This document shows positions 12,488 through 23,884 of a stretch of DNA of 64,000 bases, in pieces. The position numbers and the translations under genes were made by a program. Source of the DNA: Vitrella brassicaformis CCMP3155. Taxonomy: Eukaryota > Protista > Chromerida. Location: assembly GCA_001179505.1 (NCBI GenBank), contig CDMY01000635.1:124001-188000 (forward strand). Reading direction: 5' to 3'. The notes beneath the pieces are model-generated. The model saw only the letters and a list, made by a program, of their open reading frames with translations, was not told the DNA's origin and made no database searches. Numbering within the stretch: position 1 is the first letter of the stretch; every line of letters begins with the position of its first letter.

Positions 12488-15400
12488 CTATCCGAAGAGC
12501 CGGTCTGTGTCCCGTGCCCAGCTCTGCTGCAGAGCGCTGCCGACGGGACTGATGCCGTGACTTGCTGGGCCGGGCTGGGGCATGCCGAGACCCATACCGC
12601 CACCACCATAGCTGGGCACAAGGCCTCGCGAAGACGGCGAGCTGCGATTGAAATCTGCACACACGCATACATAAAACGACAAGGAAATCGTGACGTGTGT
12701 TGTTGGTCGGTCCCCTTCTTGTCTTGGGCCCACTCACTCACCAGTGCCAGCAGGTGCGTAGGGCTGCCCCAGTATCGTAGGTCCCCTGCCCTGTGCGCCC
12801 ATGCCCATGCCCATGCCGCTTGGGCCCCTCCAGCCATGATGGCTGCCGAATAGACCGCCGGCAGGCGACATGCCCCCACTCCCCACACCCACCACTGACA
12901 GTGGATGTGTGGGCGGAGTGACCATTGGCGGGGCTGAGGGAGGGGGCGGATGGGGAGTCGGGTACCGGGGTGATGGCAGGGGCCCCACTGGTGCGCCGTA
13001 CATGGTGGTGCCTCCCCCGTCAGGTCCGGGGAAGCCCACACCACCAGGACCACTGCAAGTCAACACACACACACACACACGAATCACGTACGCATGACAC
13101 GTCTCGTCTCGGTCCATGTCAGTCAGTTTCTCACCGTGTCCCAAATGGCGTGTACCCAACAGGCGAGGTCGACCTTGGCGGCCGCATGCCCTGGCCGACA
13201 CCCCTCCCCATGCCGCTTGGAGGCGCCATTCCCCTGGCCATGCCGGCAGGACTAGCAGGACCGAAGCCACTCTCCATCCCCATGCCACCAAAGCGTGGAG
13301 GCGGTGGACCCCTGATTGGCGATGGTGGGCGGTTGGGTGGACGCGTGAAAGGGGGAGGGCGAGGCTGGGTGCCGTCCGGGCCGCTGCCACTGGGGGTCGG
13401 CTCTGACGGGTTCTCGAAGTACGTGGTCCCACCGACCTGCACGACGTAGATGTCCTCGCCCTGCTTGTTCTTAATCATGCGGGGCAACGAGGGGGGACCT
13501 GATATATTGGAAAGATGAGACAGTGAGCATCCCGTGTCTGTTATGTCATCCCCCTGTCTGTCTGTCTGTCTGTCTGCCTGCGTACCAGCACGTCTGCTTC
13601 CCCTGCCTCTGCCCCGCCCTCGGAATGGCGGCTCCGTCGACAGATCGGTGTCGGCCAGCGATGGGGGTCCTGTGCGGCCGCTGAACGAGCCATAGCCGCG
13701 GCCACGGGGAGGACCGAAATCTATACACACACGCAGACAGCTGTGAGAGAGCCGAAAGCTGCATGTGTCTGTAGTGTACACCTGTTGGGGTCTATCTCAC
13801 CTGCCATCCCATGGTATCCCCCGAAGGAGTAGTCGGTCATGCCATCATCGCCAAACAAGCCATCACCACCGTAGGGCGGCCAGCCGAAGTCTTGCTGGCC
13901 CCCCTCCGCCCAGTCCCACCGTGGCGGCCCACCACGCCCCATCCGAAACCAACCTGAGACAACCACACAAAGGGGGTAAGAGAAGATCTGTCGGTCACCG
14001 CACAAGGGCGTACCACCGTCGAAGAAGCCATCTCCTCCCCCGGCTCCGAAGGAGCCCCTGCCTCTGCCGCCCCTGGGGTACTGCCCCCAGGCCGGCGGCG
14101 GCCCTCCGCCGTGATACATGCCGTCCCAGTACATCATGTCGTCATAGCCGTCCCACATATCCCACTCGTCATAGCCCCACCCTCCCCGCCCTCTGCCCCT
14201 GAAGCGACCTCTAAACCGTCCCCGATACCCTCCTCTGTATGGCCGCCAGCCACGGGAGCGCATGCGGCCCTGCCCGCCGCCACGGAATGCCATGTCCTGG
14301 TCGTCGTATGCGCCGATGCCGACCAGCCTTGACCGTGTGTAGGGGGACTTGTGCTGTTGGTGTGAGGACGGTCGGGTGATGTCGAGGTCCTTGAACGCCT
14401 TCAGGAGATCGTATGGGGGATTGCGGTCGAAGCGGGGGTCCAGCATGTTCAGGCCCTTGCCCTTGGTCGCCTCGTCTGCAGAGACACGCATGCCATGCCA
14501 TGCCTCACTTGATGTCACTACAAATCATCCATGGCGTCTGTTTGCTGGGCTCACCGAAGTAGAACCTGAAGAGAAGGTTGACGTGAGGGAGGACGACCTT
14601 GCTGATGTCGTAGAGCACCTTGGGAAGCCTCAGAACATTCCACTCCTCATCCAGCGGGACCATCGGATGAGGCTCCTGCACCCACAGAGATCCCATTCAA
14701 CCATGCCTGTCAGCCTCTCGTGTGTCGACCCCCACCCACCATGATGACGGGGCTTTTGGCAGCCATGGCCAGTGTGGGTTCGTGTGTCGACTTGGACACC
14801 GAGCACTCCTCCCCCGGGCCGCACGCCTCCTTCTCCTCCTCCCTCTCCGATTCCTTCTCGTCCTCCTTGGCTACAGGGGGCTCACCTGGCGCTGCCGCTT
14901 CGGCCGTGTCAGCGAAGACGTCATCATCGGCTGAAGGAACAGAGACCAGAGATCAGGGAGTGACACTTTGACTGACCAGGCCCTCGGTCTGTCTGCCTTC
15001 CCTGCTCCTCTCTCTGCCTGACCTTTGGGTTTTGTCGCGTCGTCTTCTGCCTTTTCGGGTGCCTTGCCCGTCTCCGTCTCGGGCACACCTCCTGTGGTGT
15101 CGGGCGGAGCAGGCACCGCGGATGGCGCACCAACAGGTCGCAGCCCCTCCTCTCTCCTGATGGCCCACTCTCGCTTGGCCTTGCGGCACTCGCGCTTGAT
15201 GTGCAGCAGCTCCCTCAAGGCATCACCCAGCAGGTGCTCGCGGTCAGCCGCGGTCGGGGCGTGGTGCTCCTCCTCCGCCGCCAGCTGTATGGAAGACGAA
15301 GATGAGTGTGCCGACTACTGCTGCCCTTACATGTGCTAGTGTGTTTGTGTTTGTGTGGCACCTGGCTGCCTTCTCCGATGACCAGCGGGTCCAGGGAGGC

Positions 15401-16874
15401 GCTCTCGGCCATGGCCTCAGCGATGGGCTTGTCGTGTGTGGCTTCCTCGTCCGCACCTCCAGCGCCTGCGAGAAAGGCATCCACCGATTAGATCTATCAG
15501 TACTTGTGGGGGCGGGCACAGACATGTGTCCATCCATCTCCCATCTACTTACTTTCCTTGCTCACCTCTCGTCCGTTTGAGCGTGGCCATGAGGTCTCGT
15601 CTCGCCTCATCCAGTCCAGTGATGGTCAGCCCGCCTATGTTTGGCGGCAGCGACAGTGCGACCACCTCGGGGACGGGAATGGGCCCTTTGCCAACTCTGA
15701 TTGGGTGGGTGCATGCCAGGCGTCCACCACACACACACACATACACATACACACACGGCGTCATGTCATGCGTCATGAGGGGGGTCTGGTCACCTGAATG
15801 AGTACACATTGGCTCTCTTGAGCCACTCGGGCACCACATCCATCTTCTCCCCCAGCACGATGGGCGTGTAGCCGAGAGTCGACCCATCCTCCCAATCCAG
15901 CTTGATCGGCGGCACACCCTGGCGCTGAGGTAAGACACATACGACGGACACATACATGTGGTTGTCTGCAGTGGATTCGATGACTGTGTCGTCCGTCCTT
16001 GCTTACGGGGTCATCGTCGACGCGAGTCAGGTGACAAAAGGTACCTGCAAAAGGGAAGAGCAAACCACAGACAGTCATCCAGATCATTCATCCTCTGTCT
16101 GCCCCAGACAGACCCCCCTCCCTCCTCCCTCTACCTACCAACACCCTGCATCGGCGGATACTTGAAGGGCGTGTCCTTCTCTGACGACTGGGCGGGCCAG
16201 AGGATGTGCAGGAGGCCGCCCGCCTTGCAGACGACCTTGACGTGCCGAACCAAATGGAACAGAAACAGACTCAGCCGCAGGCTGAACAGCGGCGACCTGG
16301 GGTCCGTCACCTGCTCCGCTCCCATCTCATCATCGGCACCACTCGCCTCAGCCTTGCCGGCCCCCTCGTCCCCTCCACCCCCCTCACTGCCGGCCGCCTT
16401 GCTCTCGCCGTGTTCCCCTGCCTCTGTCACCTCTTTGGTTGCAGTTCCGGGGAGGCCGACCCGTTTGAAGGCGATGCCGGGCAGCAGACAGAAGATCTGG
16501 TCGAAGGACGATGGGTCGAGGGCGTCGGCGAGGCGGTATGCACTGACGCCGAGCTTGCGGTCGACGAAGGGCGCCTCGCAGAAGTTGTCGAATGCCGAGG
16601 GGAAGCAGTCCTTGATGCCCTCGGCTGACAGGTGGGTGGCAATCGTGATGTCCCACTTGGAGAACTTCTTGGCCAGACACGGGAGGAGGGAGGCATCTTC
16701 GTCTCCGAGGATGAGGAACGATGTGGTCGGGGGACTGTTGATGGAGGTGGGCTGCGTGGCCTGCAGACCCGAGTCGAGAGCATCACAGTCGTCAAGGGAC
16801 AGGGGCGGCTCAGTGGCGCCGTCTGTGCGGATCAGCTGCGGCGCTTCTCCCTCAGGTTCCAGCGGGCCGTCCAT
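12488..16874 (-). CDS. BMT5/DUF2431-like (25S rRNA m3U methyltransferase-like) domain protein with a long RGG/Gly/Pro-rich C-terminus; multi-exon
   Basis: Exon 1 SFLILGDEDASLL..LAKKF..WDITIATHLS...FVD...SFDQIFCLLPG...LFHLVRHVKVVCKAGGLLHI follows the DUF2431 layout (ILLVGEGNFSF..IAT..VDAT..FDRIIFNFPH..L.PGG.IHV). Later exons carry RGGYRGRFRGRFRGRGRGG and PPP tracts. Internal boundaries are partly approximate. Confidence 0.6.
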
Positions 16875-17029
16875 TGCCTCTGCCTCACTGCTTGCTCACT
16901 GCCGATGCTGAGCTGCGCGTCTTCTCGAAGCCTTCACTTCAGACAACAAGAACTTTCGCTGCATCTACTGCTTCAGCCACTTGCGTGCCGATCTGCGCCG
17001 CGTGATCTCTCTCTTTTTTCCCTCCCAGT

Positions 17030-17038
17030 CGCGAGCTT
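17030..17038 (+). promoter_or_regulatory. YGCGAGCTT upstream motif (CGCGAGCTT, extends to AGCTG)
   Basis: 76 nt upstream of ATG 17115, inside a divergent promoter. Confidence 0.5.
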
Positions 17039-17114
17039 AGCTGTGATCGCTCCGCAGCGTCTGCGCCAAACTGCTCGTCTTTTCCCCAAAAGGAGGCCTG
17101 AGAGTGGTCTGGCA

Positions 17115-18109
17115 ATGAAGCTCTACACGGCTGCGTTTTCCTTTTCGGCAGCCATCAGTGCGCTGCTGGACCTCATCCCCCTCGCAGCCTCGTATGTCAT
17201 CACCCCCCCTTCCCTACGAGCATCATCCTTCGCTGGACGCACCCTCTCCGTGAGCAGCATAACCACACACTGCCGCACACAGCACAGATCTCTCCATTGC
17301 TTGGCTCTGGTGTTGTATATTTATCTCTTGTTTGTGTTCCTTCCCTCTGGACAGACCCCATCGGTGGATGCAGATGTCCCCCCCTCCCTCCCCCCCTCCC
17401 TCCCCCTCCCCTCTGGCGTCCGCTCCCTCGACATGCGATGGTCCCCACGGCGCAACACCAAGACGTGGAAGCGGCTGTCGGGCGCCAGTCGTCTCAAGGA
17501 GCTCACCACTGAGCGGCGGCTGATGGGCGACAAGGCGCGCAAGATCGGCGAGCGGCCGATCATCAAGGACCCCGCCATGATCTCCATCCGCAACGTCTGC
17601 CCCACCATGAGCGAGCTGGATGTCGAGTACTACTTCGAGTACCACTATGGCGCCACGTCGGTGTACTGCAAGCTGGAGAAGGACAAGAAGACCAAGCAGC
17701 ACAAGGGCCGCGGCTACCTGCACTTCATGCACCCTCTCTACGCCACGTCGGCCATGCTGACCTTCAACGGCACCATGCTGGGCAACCAGAACATCGCCCT
17801 GGGCGAGTACTTCTACCCCGATTGGCGGGAGAGGGAGGCCGAAAATGAGAGGAGGAGAAAGGGTGAGTCAGTCGAGGCAGAGGCTGAGTGAGTGAGGCTG
17901 GCTGGCAACGCAGCACGTGTGTGCGCAAGGAGTTACTGGTTCACCTCTGTTGATCTGTGTGTGTGTGTGTGTGTGCGTGCGTTGGGTCAGAGCGTTACGA
18001 GGCTCGTGTGGCGGCTCGCGAGGCCGCCATCCGCGAGATAGAGGAGGAGGACCGACAGGCGGAAGAAGAGGCAGAGGAGGCAGAGGAGAAGGAGATGGTC
18101 GCCGCGTGA
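17115..18109 (+). CDS. RRM RNA-binding protein with a bipartite signal+transit-like leader (probably plastid); join(17115..17249,17355..17862,17991..18109)
   Basis: MKLYTAAFSFSAAISALLDLIPLAASY signal peptide, then an S/R-rich transit-like stretch. RRM with ISIRNV (RNP2) and KDKKTKQHKGRGYLHF (RNP1). Acidic coiled tail. Phases consistent. Confidence 0.8.
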
Positions 18110-18445
18110 GGGGTCATGCGACGCAAGAAATGTCTGGTCGGTCGTGAGATGCTGGACTGACTGACTGACTGACTTTGAGGCTGGTGTGACTGACGTTGCT
18201 TGCGACGCGAAGCAATGATTGACGCTGTCTATGTGTGTTGGCCGCTGGTGTGCGTGCGTGCGTTTCAAATGCGTCTGTGTGTATTCGTTGGCTGGTCGAT
18301 TCGATTCACCCATGTGAGCATCATATGTTCATCCGTCCGTCCACACATCCGTCCCCCGTCCATATGGACTTGCGCAACGCAACGCACCAGTCAGTCATCA
18401 GCGCCACACAGAGACACCGAAGCCTCTGGCTGTTAATTAGGTTAC

Positions 18446-19688
18446 TCACTCGGTCACTTTGTCGCTCCCCTCATCCCCCTTGTTATACGCCCTGAAAGCA
18501 TGAAACTGGTGGTTGAGCTTGCTGTGACTGTGCACATGGAAGCGGCCGCCCGTGCCGCCCTTATCCCTATTAGGCGTCCGAAACACCACCACATTCACCC
18601 TCGAGTGCAGCAGCGCCATGGCACACATGACACATGGCTCGTGCGTCACAAACACGTCGCAGCCCGTGCAAAGGTACTCATCCTCAGGGATGAACCGCGC
18701 CGACTGCGCCTCGCCGCTCTCTGTCTCGTCGTGCTTGCGCTTCCTCGCCTCGCCGCCCTCATCATAGCTATCATGTCTGCTGGGGTTGGACTGTGAGTTG
18801 GACTGCCGCAGCCGCCTGGCGCGGTCCTCGATGGCCAGCATAGCTGCGTGGTGGAGAGGGTGGGACCCGCGGCGGTCGGAGGCCTCGCCGACGACGGTGC
18901 CCCTCAGTGTGAGCACACACCCCGAACCACCGTGGCCCTCGGCTGCCGACATGGCTCCCACTGACACACACACACAGAGGAGAGGAGAGGAGAGGAGAGG
19001 CTGACTATCACAAGTCTTGTGAGGAATGTGTTGGAGATTCACTCGTCCCTACACTGAAACGCTCTGTCGAGATGCCGTGAGTACTGCTTGCAGAGCTCAG
19101 GGCTGCAGTCAGTGCAGCAAACCGACAGTAAATCAAACGAGTACAAGTCTGTGTGGGTCGTGTCGGGTCGTGCCTACGTGAGGGCGAGAGGCTGCCATGA
19201 AGGTCTGCGAAAGCTGGTCGGCCACACCTGGGTCCACTCGGCTGCCTGCTCCTTGGTGACAGGCTCGTGGAAGGGCACCTGCACCTCCACTGGTACAGCA
19301 GCACCGATCCCTTTGCTGGACAGATGCCGGGCCAACTCATCCGGCACATGCTGCACACACACAGAGAGAGAAGTACAGATCACACACACAGACACATCCA
19401 GCAAGCATCGCATCCTCTGTGATGCATTCGTCGCAAACTCACCGGTTCGAGCCCCAGGAAGATCTGCAGGACGTCATTCTGCTTCCTCGCCCTCTTGAGG
19501 TGTGTCAGAGATGCCGGCATGGCACAGAGCTGCCCCACGAGCTTCAGGCAGTCGCTGCCCAGCTGCAGCGGCACCTCGACGGCGTACGCACGGCCCACCT
19601 GGAGGCGTCGGGAGTACTCGAGAGGCAGGATCTCCTCAAAGCGGTAGGCGGGCTGGGAAGAGCACGAGGCCTCGCAGTTCGTCTGCAT
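18446..19688 (-). CDS. ADAT3: tRNA adenosine(34) deaminase non-catalytic subunit ADAT3/Tad3
   Basis: [12 protein letters not shown] (HAA, no catalytic Glu); [27 protein letters not shown]; [19 protein letters not shown]; N-terminal HLKRARK and [14 protein letters not shown]. Confidence 0.92.
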
Positions 19689-19780
19689 GAGTCATGACGG
19701 TGATGGCTAAAAGATCTTGATGGTTTCTCGTTGGGGAGGATGTCAGAGCCTCAGAAGAGAGAGGCTGAGGGGAAGGCTCT

Positions 19781-19789
19781 AAGCTCGCA
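19781..19789 (-). promoter_or_regulatory. TGCGAGCTT upstream motif
   Basis: 92 nt upstream of the ADAT3 ATG (19688), sense orientation. Confidence 0.5.
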
Positions 19790-19899
19790 GATGGGAGCGG
19801 AAGAGGAAGGGCGGCGTTGTGTGTAGATTGATGAGAGACGAGAGCATCTGGGTGATGGTCAAATATAGCGTCTAGGTACTGAAGCCTTTGTTTGAGAGA

Positions 19900-22800
19900 A
19901 TGAAGGTGAGCCACTCAAGCTAGTTGGGATATTGGGGTGTGTGTGCGGTTTCCTGCAGGAAGCAGTGGCTGTAGGGATGTTTCCGCAAGAGGTGCACCTC
20001 AAATACAAAACGAAACTCTGCCCGCACTATGAACAGGTGACACCAAAACCAGATAGATGCTCGACTACTTTACCGCACAGACCGTCTTTGTTTGTTCTCC
20101 TGCTGTGCTGCAGCATTCCCTGGCGACGGGCAACCAGCTTCGGTTCTGTCCGTTCCGCGACAACTGCCGAGACGCCCATGGCGTGGCGGAGCTGCGCAGC
20201 GAGGCCGACAACCGCGCCTACAACGAGCAGGTCCGCAACTACGCCCAGCAAACCATCGAGGCCGCTACCTACGCCACGGCCATGCTGGGCTTCCAGCACT
20301 ACGACCCGTCGGCGTACGCCATGATGCAGTACCAGCAGATGGCCTCGCCCACAGCCGCATACCCGACAGCCGCAGCGGGGACGGGCCAGGCCGTCTTCCC
20401 CACCGCCCCCCAGCAGCCGCTGTTCCCCACGCCGTCTCCCTCCTCCTCACAGGCACAGCTGGCGGCCGGTGGGCAGCCCGTGGTGGTCGACTTGTCCAAG
20501 GAGGAGTCGTCGCCCTCGCCGGGGGCTCGTGAGGCCAAGGAGGAGGAGACGGCTGCTGCTGCTGGTGTTGATGACGCTCAAGACGGCGAAGAGACGGACC
20601 GGACGAGAGCCGAGGAGGTGCAGAGGGGCGACAACACTGCTGTCGCTGCAATAGCAGCAGAAGAGGGCAAGGAGGAGCCCGAGGCGCCGCAAGAAGAGGT
20701 CAAACCATCCAAGGAGGTGGTCCAAGAGGACACCACGAAGGAGCAGGAGGTTAGCGGTCAGCCGTTGTCGTCGATCCCCCCAGCCGAGCACATGTCCCCC
20801 CACTCCCCTGCATCAGACGAGGCCGCGGAGCAAGACGGCGGGGCATCTGGCCGTAACGCCGTGGTGCAGAGGAAACGCAAGATGCGTGGCTTCGCTGAGG
20901 ACCGTGGTGCTGATGTGGATGGCGAGAGGGCGAGGGCGCGCCACGACTTGTGGCGTGGGAGCGGCGTGAGGGCTGCCGTCGAGTGGAAGCGGCAGCTTGT
21001 CGCATTCGTGCAGCAGCAACAGGGGGGCACTGTTTCCATTGCGCAAGCCGAGAAGGTCAGTCAGTCAGTCAGTCAGCGCTCAGAAGTGATTGATGCGTAC
21101 ACGCACTCGTGACTGCAATGCATTGGCCTGTCTGATCTCGTCTGCTGGCTTCATCCCATCCATCATTCAGCATTGCCCCGCCCCCGACCATCGGCTGCCC
21201 CGTCTGCTCCCCTTTCTGCAGCAGCACGACCACACCTTCTCCCTCACCCCCACTCACGTCTCCCTCCGGCCCTCACCCCCAGACGACCAATCCCTCACCC
21301 CCCCGCCATCCTTCACACAACAGCAAATCGTCGACCTGGAGTTTTCGATCGTCCTCCAGGCCATCGTGTGGGCCGACGGCCGGCTGTCGCTGAAGGATCT
21401 GGCGGACCAGTGCCCGGCTCGCCTGCGCAGCGATGAGTCGCTCCTGGCATTTCTGAGGCGCAGCGAGTTCCACGGCAACGTCTGGGCGGTGGATGAGGAT
21501 GAAGGTGAGAGTGTGGTCGTGCTGACGAAGGAGTGGCACAGGCAGGCCAGAAAGTACTTCAAGCAGCAGCAGCAGCAGCAGCAGCAAGGGGGTGGGGAGG
21601 GTGTGGATGAGGGCAAGGAATGGGACGGCGAGGCCGCGGCTCGCATACACCAGGTACGGTACGCACCAACAGCACACCCGCCAAACAAACAGAAAATGTG
21701 CGTGTATGCGTATGTGTGTGTGCGCAGAAGTGCCGTCTGTTCAAGGGTGATGTGGAGGACTACGTCACCCATTCCCTCCGCTTCTTCCGCGACCATGGCG
21801 CCCACGACGGCACCGTCACAGCCGCCGCCATAAGACAGGCGGAGGCGGACGGCCTCAGACACCCGCAGTCGGCCATCCCGCCCTTTCCCCACCTCATCCT
21901 CTCACTGCCCTTCATCTACAAGTACCCATGTGCCGGGCGGGACGACACCGTGGGCCTGCATGACCGGTTCATGCCCGAGCCGCAGCACGAATTCATGGGG
22001 GATGCCGCCGAGAGCGAGGCGAGCGAGCCGCCGAGGAAGGCCATCAAGACGACAGACCATGAGGAGGAAGACCTCATGACGCCTGCTGCCGCCGGGGCTG
22101 CTCAGCAGCCTTCACAAGCGGCAGAGGGGGCGGAGGAGGGGGCGGGGGAGGGCGAGAAGGCCAGTGGAGATGCACATAGCCATGGGGCGCAGCTGGCGCA
22201 GCTGCAGCAGCAGCTCCAGGAGGTGACGCAGCAGCTCGCGGCAAAGGACGACGAGTAAGGCAACGAACAGCCCCACACGACACGACCGACAAGGGTACCA
22301 TATATACCCACACACGATCTCTGTCTGTCATGCTGTGATGTGAAGGATCGCATCGAAGGACGCGGCATTACAGGAGGCGCAGGGGCGCGTTGCCGAGCTC
22401 AAGAAGAAGTAACCAGGCCGGGGGGGCACAGAATGGATGAGAGATATTCGCTCACACTCTTTGATCTCTTGCTTGCACGGCACGTAGGTGTCAGCGGGGC
22501 GAGGAGACGCTCAGCAACGCTCACCTCTACGCCAAGGGGCTGCAGCAGAGGTCAGCCAGGCACCCACACACACACCCATTGGAGCACGGTATCCCATCTG
22601 TGTCTGTGTGTGGTGACTGTGTCTTCAGGATAACGGAGCTGCAGAACGAGCTGGAGGACAAAGAGAACGAGTCAGTGGGCCGAACGAACGATCGACGCAC
22701 TGCCTGTCTCGCCAGCGACACAGCGATATGTGTGTGTGTGTGTGTGCGCGTGTATGTGGTCAGGCTGTCTGAGGTGGCCAAGGCCAAGGCCGCGACCAAG

Positions 22801-23217
22801 TCCAAGGCCACCCAGACAGAGAGGGAGAAGCCCCGGCACCCCTCCCCTCCTCCCACATCGCACGCCCCAGAGCCGGTGCCGTACTCGGCAGCAGGGGCCA
22901 GCACCCACAGCCACACCGACAGCCCCTCACGCCCGCCTCTCAACCCATTCAACGGACCCACATCCGCACGACAACAGCCGAGGAATCCATTCGATGACGC
23001 TGGGAGCAGAGGCGTCAAGAGGGAGAGGGAGAGGGATCGGCTCCACATGGACCGAGAAAGAGAGAGGGATAGAGATAGAGATAGAGATAGAGACAGGCAC
23101 CACACGGCCCCTGCAGTGAATGGCGTGGACAGCAGCAGGCACCATGGCCACGGGCATGGCGGCGGGAGAGACAGGGAGCGGGAGAGGGAGAGGGGGGCGA
23201 GGGGATGGAGGGGGTAG
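19900..23217 (+). CDS. CCCH zinc-finger protein with Q/E-rich low-complexity regions, helical domains and an RD/RE-rich tail; multi-exon
   Basis: KYKTKLCPHYEQ|HSLATGNQLRFCPFRDNCRDAHG is a CCCH finger with a TIS11-type lead-in. Probable first coding exon is ATGAAG (19900-19905), then an intron to 19958. Stop at 23215-23217. Confidence 0.75.
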
Positions 23218-23884
23218 GTGTCTGACCGATCTCCCCATCGCATGGCAGGATGGCAGGCATCGCATCGTTGCAATGGGTGCAGGGCGCTACTGGGGTGGGA
23301 GGCCGGGTGGTGGGTGGTGGACTAATTGACTGACGCAAGGCAAGAATGGATAATTTGTGGGGGCTGGTGTGGTGTGGTGTAGTGTGCTGCGGTGTGCTGC
23401 GGTGCGGTGCGGTCTTGACGGACGGACCCTCTGTGTGCATCGCATCGCATCGCATCGCATCCATGCCATCCATACCTGGCAATGCAATTAAATGTCTTCA
23501 TTGTCTACCTACCTACCTGCGTGCAACCAACTGCCGTATTTGGCTAGCTAGCTTGTTTGTAGTGGCTGTCGATGCAATGGATGCAGCACCCAGACCGAGA
23601 GACAGACAGACAGACACACAGACAGACCTTCACGATAGAACCAAGAATACATGAATGATGCATTAATGTCTCTTGCGCGCGTCGCTGCTGCAGTGACCAA
23701 CGCAACGCACCAGCGTGTGTATGTGTATGTGTGTGTAAATGTCCGAAACCGACCAACAACCTTATGGACCTCACTTGTGATGAAGACTCTCTCTCTAGAC
23801 GGACAGACACACAAAATGCGCCGTTGGCGGGCCAGCAGCTGCATAAAGCTCGCCGCCTTGGCACCGCCGCCTTTCACTCGCTCC

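Noticed and set aside
11779-12737. Long ORFs spanning N-runs (also 26193-28849, 34913-35803, 47829-48611)
   Set aside because: Their length comes from translating through gaps. Only the flanking parts assigned to genes above are supported.
16632-17114. N-terminal extension of the 419-aa ORF 16632-17891
   Set aside because: It overlaps the BMT5-like gene and the divergent promoter. The signal peptide and upstream motif support ATG 17115.
18760-18860. ADAT3 lacking the catalytic Glu (HAA)
   Set aside because: Expected for the non-catalytic Tad3/ADAT3 subunit.
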